DNA of 53,862 nt, taken from the IMG/VR virus record IMGVR_UViG_3300025732_000054, positions 1-53,862 of that record; one strand, given 5' to 3'. A program made the position numbers and the translations under genes. Source of the DNA: a virus. Its lineage: Duplodnaviria; Caudoviricetes. How positions within the stretch are numbered: the stretch's first letter is position 1; each line of letters opens with the position of its first letter. Positions 40,501-48,915 of this stretch are shown one piece after another. The notes below the pieces were generated by a model. That model made no database searches, was not told the origin of the DNA, and saw only the letters and a program-made list of their open reading frames with translations.

Positions 40501-42323
40501 GGGGTACTCCTTGTCATAAAGTCCCCGACATAATTGAACCTTTTTATTCTGGATTTGACTCTTATTTTGGCAGTGGGGCAACAGGATGTGGACAATACGG
40601 GCAAGATGAAGTTGATGAAAATTCTTATTTGGATTTCTTCTATAGGTGTAGATTGGGGGATGATGTCTTCTCAGAAAGAGTCTATGCCTATTCTGCTGCT
40701 TACTTTAATCCTGGACTGAACTCTCTATATTCTTACCAAAATGAAGGCTGTAATACCAGCGGGGGAGGAATACCAGATCCACCGGCAGGAGCCACCCTTA
40801 CCCCATTCGGCCTTACTTTTGCCTCAGCCCTTGCTGCGGTGGCCGGAACGGACATAAATTTCGGGGACCAAAGCCAAACAGGTCGTTTGGCCGTTAGAAA
40901 TGTGTTTGGTTTTTCGGGCAATACGGCAACCACTCTGCCAAACGGAAGCAACAACAGTGTTGGAACGCCTGTGTCACAGTGGCTTCAAGAGAAATTGGAA
41001 TCTCTGTTCGAGTTCTATAACGAAAACTATCCCGCAACAGATGCTCCCACCAGAGCAAAAGTAGAAAAAGTAAACAGATTCTTTACGGCTTTATACGGAC
41101 AAGATTTTACGGATTACGAAGCGGGTTTACAAAACAGCAAGACTTACAAGTTATGGGCAATCAAGCCACGGTGTTTAGAAGAAATGGATGCCGATTGTCT
41201 GGCTCTTGCGAGGCAACTATTAAACAACACTCAAACAGCAGCAGCCACAGACGGTGGAAATTACATCTTCCGTGATCCCAAGCCTCCTGTGGACAAGTTG
41301 ACACGGCAAAAAATATCAGACTTACAGAGGTCAAACATATCCCCAAACAGACCCATAACCACATCTGATATTACACCAACCAATGACGGGTTCCTTAGTG
41401 CTTTCCAAACAATATATGTGGAACCACTGGGCAAAGCCCCTAATGTGCTTGCGACACAGGCACAGGCGGTTTCACGGGCAACAATACGGAGCACCGTTTT
41501 CGGAAAACTAATATCCGTGATAGACAGCCGTGGCATGTTGCGGGATGCCAATGTCATAACCTTGGAATCAGGTTTCGGAACAAAGATCACGGGAAGCAGT
41601 GGGGGCAATGCCATAACAATCTCTGTGGAAGGCTTGAGTCTTGGCAGTCTAAACGACGTGTCTTCCGTTGCTGCCACCGATGGAGATGTGCTTTCTTATG
41701 ATTTGGTGAACGCCCGTTGGATCAATCGTTCCCTGTACGACCTGAACGATATTCACAGTGGAATGCCGTATATCTTTTCAGGAAATACCCAACCTTTGTT
41801 TAATCTGAACATCGGACAGGTGGGTGGAGCCGATCTTACCACAGTTCTTGCCAATGCGGGAACCCTGAAGTTCAATGGCAAGCCTGAAAAGACCCCCACC
41901 GAGGTGTACTTCTCGGTTTCAGACGCCAACGGCAACAACCAGACCGGACTATTCAACCGTTTCGGTACGGGAGTGGCAGGAACCTTGCTCCTGAAAAAGT
42001 TCGGCGATCCCAATACTTTCTACCGTTTCCAAGTGGACGGGTTGACAGGTCCGTATGCCACTGCTCCTGGAGGGTCGGCAGCGGACACAGGAGTACAGGT
42101 GTCCCTGATAAACTCTGGTACAGGAACCCTTTCTGAGGGCGATCGCCTGACGGCATTCCTGTTCCTGGAGCCTGCCACCAACCGTGTAAACTTCTACTAC
42201 CAAGCCCTCCCGCCCACGGGCGCAGGCGTGACGGGCGGTAGCAGGTGGATGAACTCTGAAACAGGCACGGAATATATCTACATTAATGACGGTGACACAA
42301 ATCAGTGGGTACAGGCGGTGTAA
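37587..42323 (+). CDS. very large virion structural/fibre-associated protein
   Basis: 1578 aa; CTACATA at 37560; C-terminal LNDV..DGDVLSYD and W.NSETG.EYIY.DG...QWVQ fibre motifs. Confidence 0.85.
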   Translation: MAERPLVINAKVINLLNAAPVRNLRPALGSLIQRKTLDVGCYPFPFMVNEQNVPLDGRVVGGVTLDTRPVPYWCSENAYATKYGDATYNNGDIVWSGGAGGIKQKGTGNSGIIIPNAFRYDSVLGVTYPTRRVNMSFVGMEETVPVEWENLKNAYYAGGVTFTGEDGVTLGIASNVLFKVWTGLTFEQRTIVGGSGVTYVLKPMSNYILGGGTYSQSLALYNYQCLDQIFNSPFITQVGGDPNTFWEGSGYGLSFGVSAGTTGELFLLNAVYAGNNPNLAGSYYLENAGSCADFPYSQFFLGATAGSTFSGRQLAINMAGAGGVVPFLRADEPYPGRSFIDTMALILGTNQTVVTLVTGGTASIRSIDFNNPCSSSLLYREDTELGRWGYDIERINLEYQTTPPPIPTDFGCHIGSFIEYMSGPTAIQNGLYHPLSLMFWRQISSGTDVQGTINDYVGDDPLSSEPVINKLEGIHDYLCYEYYSGSTLESRVYYPIRPITKQWYDSNFIPAYNSNGGGDSETVGGFGTTLENKFSVGFPEAFRGDGSVNDPISLKYLEENPTNTNTNFDFVGTSSLTGVTGVAFPYMIPIFTYGMKGIPNKTLDIQGEFQNFESSWNRDLFGVGDESLNSELYPYYADGVSSGADFRSDAISPYNFETLDGKHNFRLYSWDALNKISPNDTSGSPVRSSFSALPEGDGLGRLTYKQTGANQRIEMDGTEVSVDPLLFPPAVLPSEPISGLKVNGINLGCDAYVNLVRYANSVSLDNTTPGLTAKRVLLASKDLSDSTQTFAEFEGGSEFLDDPQQVFTRTGDAPNASNNFYTPVPDSGDLSSGGNFFFRTAGSTLTVFGGSYYLTPSDYVTKYVGGTEFAGNWWENVSVPPDQIDGIAALISELLSAPNPGDVWSSDTTTNLFKGSPYNFESEAPNGTGGIAAALGGENRLHPAFVYRLLTSSALGSNPFYTESCLESWSYGGTPCHKVPDIIEPFYSGFDSYFGSGATGCGQYGQDEVDENSYLDFFYRCRLGDDVFSERVYAYSAAYFNPGLNSLYSYQNEGCNTSGGGIPDPPAGATLTPFGLTFASALAAVAGTDINFGDQSQTGRLAVRNVFGFSGNTATTLPNGSNNSVGTPVSQWLQEKLESLFEFYNENYPATDAPTRAKVEKVNRFFTALYGQDFTDYEAGLQNSKTYKLWAIKPRCLEEMDADCLALARQLLNNTQTAAATDGGNYIFRDPKPPVDKLTRQKISDLQRSNISPNRPITTSDITPTNDGFLSAFQTIYVEPLGKAPNVLATQAQAVSRATIRSTVFGKLISVIDSRGMLRDANVITLESGFGTKITGSSGGNAITISVEGLSLGSLNDVSSVAATDGDVLSYDLVNARWINRSLYDLNDIHSGMPYIFSGNTQPLFNLNIGQVGGADLTTVLANAGTLKFNGKPEKTPTEVYFSVSDANGNNQTGLFNRFGTGVAGTLLLKKFGDPNTFYRFQVDGLTGPYATAPGGSAADTGVQVSLINSGTGTLSEGDRLTAFLFLEPATNRVNFYYQALPPTGAGVTGGSRWMNSETGTEYIYINDGDTNQWVQAV

Positions 42324-42325
42324 CT

Positions 42326-42505
42326 GTGGCTCTAAACTTTCCCACCAATCCCACTCCCGGTTTTATCTACACCCATGGCAGTCGTTCTTGGATTTGGAAC
42401 GGCTATGCCTGGGATGTCTATCAACCGTATAGTATAAATATCGACGGTGGTCGGGCAAATGAAGTCTATGGAAGCCTTCCAGGGATCGACGGGGGAACCG
42501 CATAA
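42326..42505 (+). CDS. small fibre-associated protein
   Basis: ALNFPTNP.PG..YT.G.RSW.WNG.AW motif, ends IDGGTA. Confidence 0.7.
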   Translation: MALNFPTNPTPGFIYTHGSRSWIWNGYAWDVYQPYSINIDGGRANEVYGSLPGIDGGTA

Positions 42506-43894
42506 ATGGCACTACGAATACAGGTACGGAGGGACACAGCCCAAACTTGGACTGCGGTCAACCCCATTCTTGCCATTGGCGAAATCGGTTACGAAACCGA
42601 CACCAATAAACTCAAGGTAGGAACAGGTCTTACCGCATGGGTATACCTGCCGTATATCACCGGCGATGGGGGTATATCCGGAGACTATATTTCTACAATT
42701 AATGGTGCGACTGGTCCCATAGGGCTGTCGGCTGGTCGTAATGTGGAAATCACGAAAACGGGCAATACCTTTACCATAGGCTCGATTTTCGGGACTACGG
42801 GGGCATGGGGAGCGTTCTGGGACACACGCATACAGACGAATGTTGCTGGACAAAACGGTTCCAATGTGGTGATGTTCAACAGCGGAGACACCGCTAGCAT
42901 TGGTGTCACGGTTGCGGGACCGTCTGGTTCCCATCTGAAAGTTCTACAGGCGGGCGTGTACAATATTCAGTTCTCTGCTCAACTGAGTAAAACTTCATCA
43001 GGAGTAGACCAGGCATATATCTGGTTCCGAAAAAACGGCACAGATATTCCCGATTCCAATACCACGGTTGAACTAAACGGAAACAATAGCGAGGCGGTGG
43101 CCGCATGGAACTACATGTTGCCCCTGGAAGCCAACGAGTATGTGGAACTAGTATGGTATACCGACGAGCCCAATCTTAGCCTGTTCGGACAGCCAGAAAC
43201 GGTTTCAAGTGGTGTGACTCTCCCCGGGATTCCATCAGTCATAGGAACCGTACAGCAGGTCACTTTCAACCAGGTCGGACCAACTGGTCCCACAGGACCA
43301 CAGGGATTGGTGGGTCCGGTTGGAATTGGTCTACAGGGACCAACAGGATCGACTGGACCAACTGGACCAACCGGTCCCCTCGGACCAACCGGACCCACTG
43401 GTGCCACGGGTGTGGGAATATCGGGAGCCACCCTTTCTAATTATAATTTAGTTATAACCTATACAACCGGAGCCACAGCCGATGTGGGATATATTCGTGG
43501 AGCCACAGGAGCACAGGGCGAAGCGGGAACTCTTAGTGAAACTTATGTCAGGAGTATAAACGGAATTACAGGAAATGTGGTTGTAACAGGAACCACAGGT
43601 CAAATCGATGTTACTACCATTACAGACACGGGAGTTGTTCCCAAAGGGATTACCCTGGGATTTCCGACAAATGTAAAAATACTGGGAAGTCTAAACATTG
43701 GTGGAATAACCCTTTCGGCAAGCGGGGGCGACCTTCTTGTCAATGGTGGCCTCTGGAGCCTCGGAAACATATATAACACGGGCAGTCTAAATGTGGACGG
43801 TCTGATCATTACAAAAACCGGGTTTAGTGGATTTACTGGTGACAGTGACATTGAACCTATAGAAGCAGTTCTGCTTGATGGAGGCGAGTTCTAA
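42506..43894 (+). CDS. tail fibre protein with Mtd-N-like N-terminus and collagen-like repeats
   Basis: [33 protein letters not shown]; (GPT)n; ends DGGEF. Confidence 0.85.
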   Translation: MALRIQVRRDTAQTWTAVNPILAIGEIGYETDTNKLKVGTGLTAWVYLPYITGDGGISGDYISTINGATGPIGLSAGRNVEITKTGNTFTIGSIFGTTGAWGAFWDTRIQTNVAGQNGSNVVMFNSGDTASIGVTVAGPSGSHLKVLQAGVYNIQFSAQLSKTSSGVDQAYIWFRKNGTDIPDSNTTVELNGNNSEAVAAWNYMLPLEANEYVELVWYTDEPNLSLFGQPETVSSGVTLPGIPSVIGTVQQVTFNQVGPTGPTGPQGLVGPVGIGLQGPTGSTGPTGPTGPLGPTGPTGATGVGISGATLSNYNLVITYTTGATADVGYIRGATGAQGEAGTLSETYVRSINGITGNVVVTGTTGQIDVTTITDTGVVPKGITLGFPTNVKILGSLNIGGITLSASGGDLLVNGGLWSLGNIYNTGSLNVDGLIITKTGFSGFTGDSDIEPIEAVLLDGGEF

Positions 43895-45294
43895 TGGCAA
43901 CTATTAGATTTAGACGGGGCGATAGCAATCCTACAGCAGCCATTCAACCTACCGGGATCACCATGGGTGAGCCCGTATTCAATAAAGAACTAAACACATT
44001 CTGGATCGGGGGTAGTGGTGGTGTTGACGGCTTTACGGCCATATGGGTGGGTGCGGAGATTGAGAACAATGTAACCTGGAATAGCCCTAGCCAGTATAAA
44101 CTTGCGACACAGGCTGCCATTGCTTCCCAAATCAACACTATTGTTGGTGCTTCGGCGGGCGTCCAGACCATTGAAGGTTTGTCCGGTCAAATTGATCTTA
44201 TATTTGGAACGGGCATTTCTGGTTCTACGAGTGCCGGTACAATTACTCTAGAAAATACCGGTGTTACCCGCTTGGGTCTTAGTGGAGACTGGCGGACTCG
44301 TGGAGTTACGAATTTTGGCGGTGCTGCCACGGGTGGAGTGACCCTTGGAAGTGAAGTTTGGGCTGGAAATGCCACTCCTGCGATAAACTCAGCCCAATTA
44401 AGTAGTGGTAAATTTGGTGCTATTACAAATTCCACAGTACTCACAGGAAAGAGTCCTATGGAAATATTGGAATTAATGCTTATAGATTATTTGACACCCA
44501 CACTCAGCAATCTTATTATGGGTTTTGTTAATGCTTCTTCCACAAACAATACTGCTACTAATCTTGCTTTTGGAATGACTGCGGACAGTAATGGTACTAG
44601 TTTAGTCTCTTGGAGTTATAGCAATCCAACAAATATAGCAAGCGGCGGTGCTACCCTTTCTGCTTCCACTTCAACACTTGTTTCTGGATCTAATGGTACA
44701 CTATTAACACCCGCCTCTATTCCATCTGCTACTGGTACTGATGGTGGTCAAAACATATCATTTACTCCGGCTGCTCATTATGTGGGAATTACCGTAGCCA
44801 GTACCACAGCCACATCCAGTGTTGCGTTCACGCTGACAGCCAAACCGACACAGGGTTCTAATATTACAACATCAAGAACTTACAGATGGTATCCAAGAAT
44901 ATATCATGGATGGACAACAGATCCAGGTTTGATGTATCCTCCAGATTCGTGGAAGAGAGATAACAACTTAGCAAATGGACTTACTACAGGTGCCCTTATG
45001 GGAACTCAGAGCATGACCGTAAACGACCCCGACGGGGGTTACTCATGGACAATGCCAAACACCCCCGGTGATGGTAATACTCCCAATTATGTGTATTTCT
45101 GGATTCATTCCCATTGGTTACCAGGAGTAATTAAAGACGCTGTTTCTGGTGGTAATGATTTTGCCATAGACACAGACATTGCAGGAACTCTGGTCACAGG
45201 TCTTACTATTGATAATGGGTACACAGCAACTTACAGAAGATATAGATCACAGGACTTATTGACTTCGGCAACAATAGCACTTAGAGATGTTTGA
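43894..45294 (+). CDS. fibre/structural protein
   Basis: MATIRFRRG...GEP N-terminus; G/T/S-rich. Confidence 0.8.
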   Translation: MATIRFRRGDSNPTAAIQPTGITMGEPVFNKELNTFWIGGSGGVDGFTAIWVGAEIENNVTWNSPSQYKLATQAAIASQINTIVGASAGVQTIEGLSGQIDLIFGTGISGSTSAGTITLENTGVTRLGLSGDWRTRGVTNFGGAATGGVTLGSEVWAGNATPAINSAQLSSGKFGAITNSTVLTGKSPMEILELMLIDYLTPTLSNLIMGFVNASSTNNTATNLAFGMTADSNGTSLVSWSYSNPTNIASGGATLSASTSTLVSGSNGTLLTPASIPSATGTDGGQNISFTPAAHYVGITVASTTATSSVAFTLTAKPTQGSNITTSRTYRWYPRIYHGWTTDPGLMYPPDSWKRDNNLANGLTTGALMGTQSMTVNDPDGGYSWTMPNTPGDGNTPNYVYFWIHSHWLPGVIKDAVSGGNDFAIDTDIAGTLVTGLTIDNGYTATYRRYRSQDLLTSATIALRDV

Positions 45295-45314
45295 TTGAAG
45301 TAAAGGAATAACAG

Positions 45315-48300
45315 ATGCCAACACCCTATGTAGGAACAGTAAAATTATCAGGTAGAATATCTCCATCAAATATAGAGGATGTTTATCCTGTATTCGATCC
45401 GGCGACAGGATTAGGTAGTCTTCGTACTGTAGGTACAACTGCCGAACGGGATGCTATTACTTCCCAACGTCGGCAAATAGGCATGGTGGTGTATGTCACA
45501 GGCGGTGCGGCGGGAGAGACTGGATACTATGCCCTTATAGGGTCTACCACAGCAAATACCAGTTGGACCAAGGACTTCCGCATCGGCACTGGCGGAGATG
45601 CCATTGGTAATCTGTATGTAAAGACCTTTAATTCAGCAACTGGAGATATTCTTCTTGTTGCCGGTACTGGAATAACTGTTGGAACCGATGTCGCAAATAA
45701 AACAGTAACGGTGAACAACAACGGTGTTCTACAGATCACCAATGGCAATACTAATACCTACGGTATTCGTGTGGCCAGTGGGGGAACCGGAACTGGTGGA
45801 GTTCTCCTTGAGAATACAGGCGTTACGCACACGGTTGCCGGGTCGGGAATAGCCCTTTCAGGCAACTTCTCTGGTGCCAGCGGAACCGTGACTATCACCA
45901 ATACCGGTGTGACGGGAATGACGGCTTCGGCTGGTTCTGGTATTCGTCTGACCGGGACTACAGGCAATATTACCATAACCAACATCGGTGTTACTGGACT
46001 CGGTACTAGAGACTCGTTTATATCTCTCAGCGGAAGCACAGGTAGTATCACCATAGGAAATGAAGGTCTTCACTCTTTCAATGGAGAAACCGGCGCTATA
46101 ACTTTTACTATATCGCCGAGTGTAGATAATGGAAACGGCATAAGAGTTGATGATAACAGTACCGGAAAGTCAATAGACTTTACGGTAGTTAATACAGGTG
46201 TCACGGGGATTGCTGCTGGTTCTGGTGTGTCTGTTTCTGGGGCCACAGGAAGAGTAGTAATCTCCAGTACTGGTGTCACTGGAATCACAGCCCAAGCCGG
46301 TTCTGGTATTTCTATATCTGGAACCACAGGCAACATCACTATAACGAACATTGGTGTAACAGGACTGTCTTCATCTGAAGCACTGGGTATAAGGTTCAGC
46401 AGTAGCACCGGAAATATTACTGCTACAAACGTTGGTGTTACTGGCATTCGGCAAGGAAGCAATATCAGTCTCAGTGGTGGACCCACAGGAGATATCACGG
46501 TTGCAGTAACCACAGACCCAACTTTCTCTGGTAATGTTGTAATCGGTGGAAATCTTAATGTTGCCGGAAACTTCACCGTAAATGGCACTAGTACAATAGT
46601 GAACACCAGCACACTTTTCGTAGAAGATCCCGTGATTTACATCGGAGGCGTATCTGGCGGTGGGGAACAAACCTCAGACGACAATCTGGATCGTGGTATT
46701 GCTTTCTCATACTATGACACCGCAGGAAGAACAGGCTTCTTCGGGTGGGATGATAGTGCCTCTAGATTTATCTTTATGCAGAACGGAACTCTTGCCGGAA
46801 ACACGGTAAATCCAACCACATACGGGAGTGTTCTTGCTGCTAACTATGAAATAGCGGCTGGTGGAACATTAAATTTCAAGGATGGCGATGGAGGCCAAAC
46901 AGGAAGTCTCTCCGTAGCGGGCAATCTCACAGCAAACAGAACATACACCCTACCAGACGTCAGCGGACAACTACTAGTTCATGGTATGATTTATGCCGGA
47001 ACTGGAGTAACCATAGACAGTGCCGCAGCGGGAGTAACAGTAAACAACAATGGTGTTCTACAGGTATTGAACTCCAACGTTCTTGGTGGCACTTATGGAA
47101 TAAGTAGAAGTAACACCACTGGTACTGGTTCATTCTTCCTTATAAACACTGGTGTGACTCATATCAGTGCTGCTTCGACATCCAATACATCAGGGATCTC
47201 TGTATCTGGTGCAACTGGCACAGTCACCATAACCAATACAGGTGTTACAGGTATTTCTGCTGGAACTGGACTGAGTATAACTCCAGCCGGTGGTACAGGT
47301 AGAATCACTCTTACTAATGAAGGTGTTCTGTCTTGGAATGGTTTGACCGGCAATCTTCAAGGAGTGAGCGGGATACGAGGAACTGATTTCAATATTATTG
47401 CTGTAAATGAGATATACACGGCAGGCACAGGATCTACAGCGTATGGGTTTGGACTGACTGGCGCAGTACAACTATACTTACCGCCGGTGGTCAAAATAGG
47501 ACAACCAGACACCGAACTATCAGGTTGTGCCAACGTTGGACTTTTGGTGGAAGGTGAAGCAAGAGTTTTGTTCCCGTATATCTTGCTTGGATCGACTTTC
47601 GCTGGTCTGACCGGAACTGCTTTCAATAGTGACGGGGCTCTAGACCGTGGCGAAACTGCGGACATTGGTATTGATTTCAAGTATAACGACCAAAGCCCGA
47701 CACCAGATACAGTAAAAAGAGGGTTCTTTGGTTTTAATACAAAGAACAGCAGATTTACCCTAAAGTTTAACGGACAAAGAATATATGGCGACAGAATAGG
47801 GGCAGATGCTAGTGGTTCTCTTTACTTTGACGGTGGTGGGGTAGAAACTACTGTTTCTACACGACCTCCTGTACTTGGAACTGGAGCACCAATTCCAACT
47901 ACCTCTACCACTAGCACCACAGCAGAGCCAAGTACGAGCACAACAAGCACAACAAGCACAACAAGCACAACAAGCACAACAAGCACAACAAGTACAACAA
48001 GTACAACTACAAGTACAACTACTACTCTTCCGCCAACCACTCCGTTCCAAACAGTAACACCATGTGATCCTCCAGGATCTACTCACGGGACAAGATTTCA
48101 GGGAGCGATAGGTGGAGCGCATTTCCGAACTCTTCACATAGGAGCAAAACCACTATATGGAAATGGAAATGAATTCTATGATGAATGGGTTACTGGTAGA
48201 ATTGGAGTTTGGGGAGACGACGAGGAAACTCAAAACTATGGAGATCTTACTCAAGATCGCTTCTGGGGTTTTGGAAATTATAGCGGAGCAATACCAACTC

Positions 48301-48617
48301 CACAAGACTTCGGTGGTGCTGGACAATTCCTTATGTCCACAAACACTACGGGTGTGTGCGCAGATCAACAACCAGTCTGGACTTATCTACAACTTGGTAG
48401 GGACACAGACGGTCAGTATATTTCTACAATAACAACAGGAACTGGATTACAAGTCGAATTAACTAGTGGAAGTTATTATTGGGATAGTACCGCAAATATT
48501 ACTCTTTCCACCATTACCAGCGGGCTAGACTTTGAGTTGTTCGGATTTACTGCTAACGAGTTTGTAAATACTGCTGGTGTTGTGTCTCTGGGTATAATTG
48601 ACGGAGGAGTGTATTGA
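45315..48617 (+). CDS. long tail-fibre-like protein with NTGVT..AG.GI repeats and STT linker
   Basis: Repeated ITNTGVTG..AGSGI.SG.TG units; VEDP...DRGI...GFFGWDDS module; ends IDGGVY. Confidence 0.85.
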   Translation: MPTPYVGTVKLSGRISPSNIEDVYPVFDPATGLGSLRTVGTTAERDAITSQRRQIGMVVYVTGGAAGETGYYALIGSTTANTSWTKDFRIGTGGDAIGNLYVKTFNSATGDILLVAGTGITVGTDVANKTVTVNNNGVLQITNGNTNTYGIRVASGGTGTGGVLLENTGVTHTVAGSGIALSGNFSGASGTVTITNTGVTGMTASAGSGIRLTGTTGNITITNIGVTGLGTRDSFISLSGSTGSITIGNEGLHSFNGETGAITFTISPSVDNGNGIRVDDNSTGKSIDFTVVNTGVTGIAAGSGVSVSGATGRVVISSTGVTGITAQAGSGISISGTTGNITITNIGVTGLSSSEALGIRFSSSTGNITATNVGVTGIRQGSNISLSGGPTGDITVAVTTDPTFSGNVVIGGNLNVAGNFTVNGTSTIVNTSTLFVEDPVIYIGGVSGGGEQTSDDNLDRGIAFSYYDTAGRTGFFGWDDSASRFIFMQNGTLAGNTVNPTTYGSVLAANYEIAAGGTLNFKDGDGGQTGSLSVAGNLTANRTYTLPDVSGQLLVHGMIYAGTGVTIDSAAAGVTVNNNGVLQVLNSNVLGGTYGISRSNTTGTGSFFLINTGVTHISAASTSNTSGISVSGATGTVTITNTGVTGISAGTGLSITPAGGTGRITLTNEGVLSWNGLTGNLQGVSGIRGTDFNIIAVNEIYTAGTGSTAYGFGLTGAVQLYLPPVVKIGQPDTELSGCANVGLLVEGEARVLFPYILLGSTFAGLTGTAFNSDGALDRGETADIGIDFKYNDQSPTPDTVKRGFFGFNTKNSRFTLKFNGQRIYGDRIGADASGSLYFDGGGVETTVSTRPPVLGTGAPIPTTSTTSTTAEPSTSTTSTTSTTSTTSTTSTTSTTSTTTSTTTTLPPTTPFQTVTPCDPPGSTHGTRFQGAIGGAHFRTLHIGAKPLYGNGNEFYDEWVTGRIGVWGDDEETQNYGDLTQDRFWGFGNYSGAIPTPQDFGGAGQFLMSTNTTGVCADQQPVWTYLQLGRDTDGQYISTITTGTGLQVELTSGSYYWDSTANITLSTITSGLDFELFGFTANEFVNTAGVVSLGIIDGGVY
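47937..48008 (+). repeat. 9-nt tandem repeat (AGCACAACA)x6 plus 2 variant units encoding Ser-Thr-Thr
   Basis: Read directly from the sequence. Confidence 0.95.
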
Positions 48618-48654
48618 TCCCCTATACATAATGTAAACAGGAGTGCGGCGTAAT

Positions 48655-48891
48655 ATGGATTTGACAAACAAGAATTACAATGAAGCAGTAATAATTCCTT
48701 ATCTTGAAAAACGGTGTAAAGACCTGCTGTTCATGTCTCTGGTTATGGAAGCCCAACTGTTGGCAGAGAAAGAAAAAAACAAGGATATGCAGGAGTACAT
48801 CGCTACTCTGCTTGTCAAATTAGATGGGCTCCGTAAAACAAAAAAGGGGAGTAAGGTGGAAGAGTCTCTTCCGAATGATGATACATACTAA
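48655..48891 (+). CDS. small coiled-coil protein (possible fibre chaperone)
   Basis: ATACATA at 48624, AGGAG SD. Confidence 0.7.
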   Translation: MDLTNKNYNEAVIIPYLEKRCKDLLFMSLVMEAQLLAEKEKNKDMQEYIATLLVKLDGLRKTKKGSKVEESLPNDDTY

Positions 48892-48915
48892 TCCGTAACA
48901 TGTGGAGTCTTTGGC

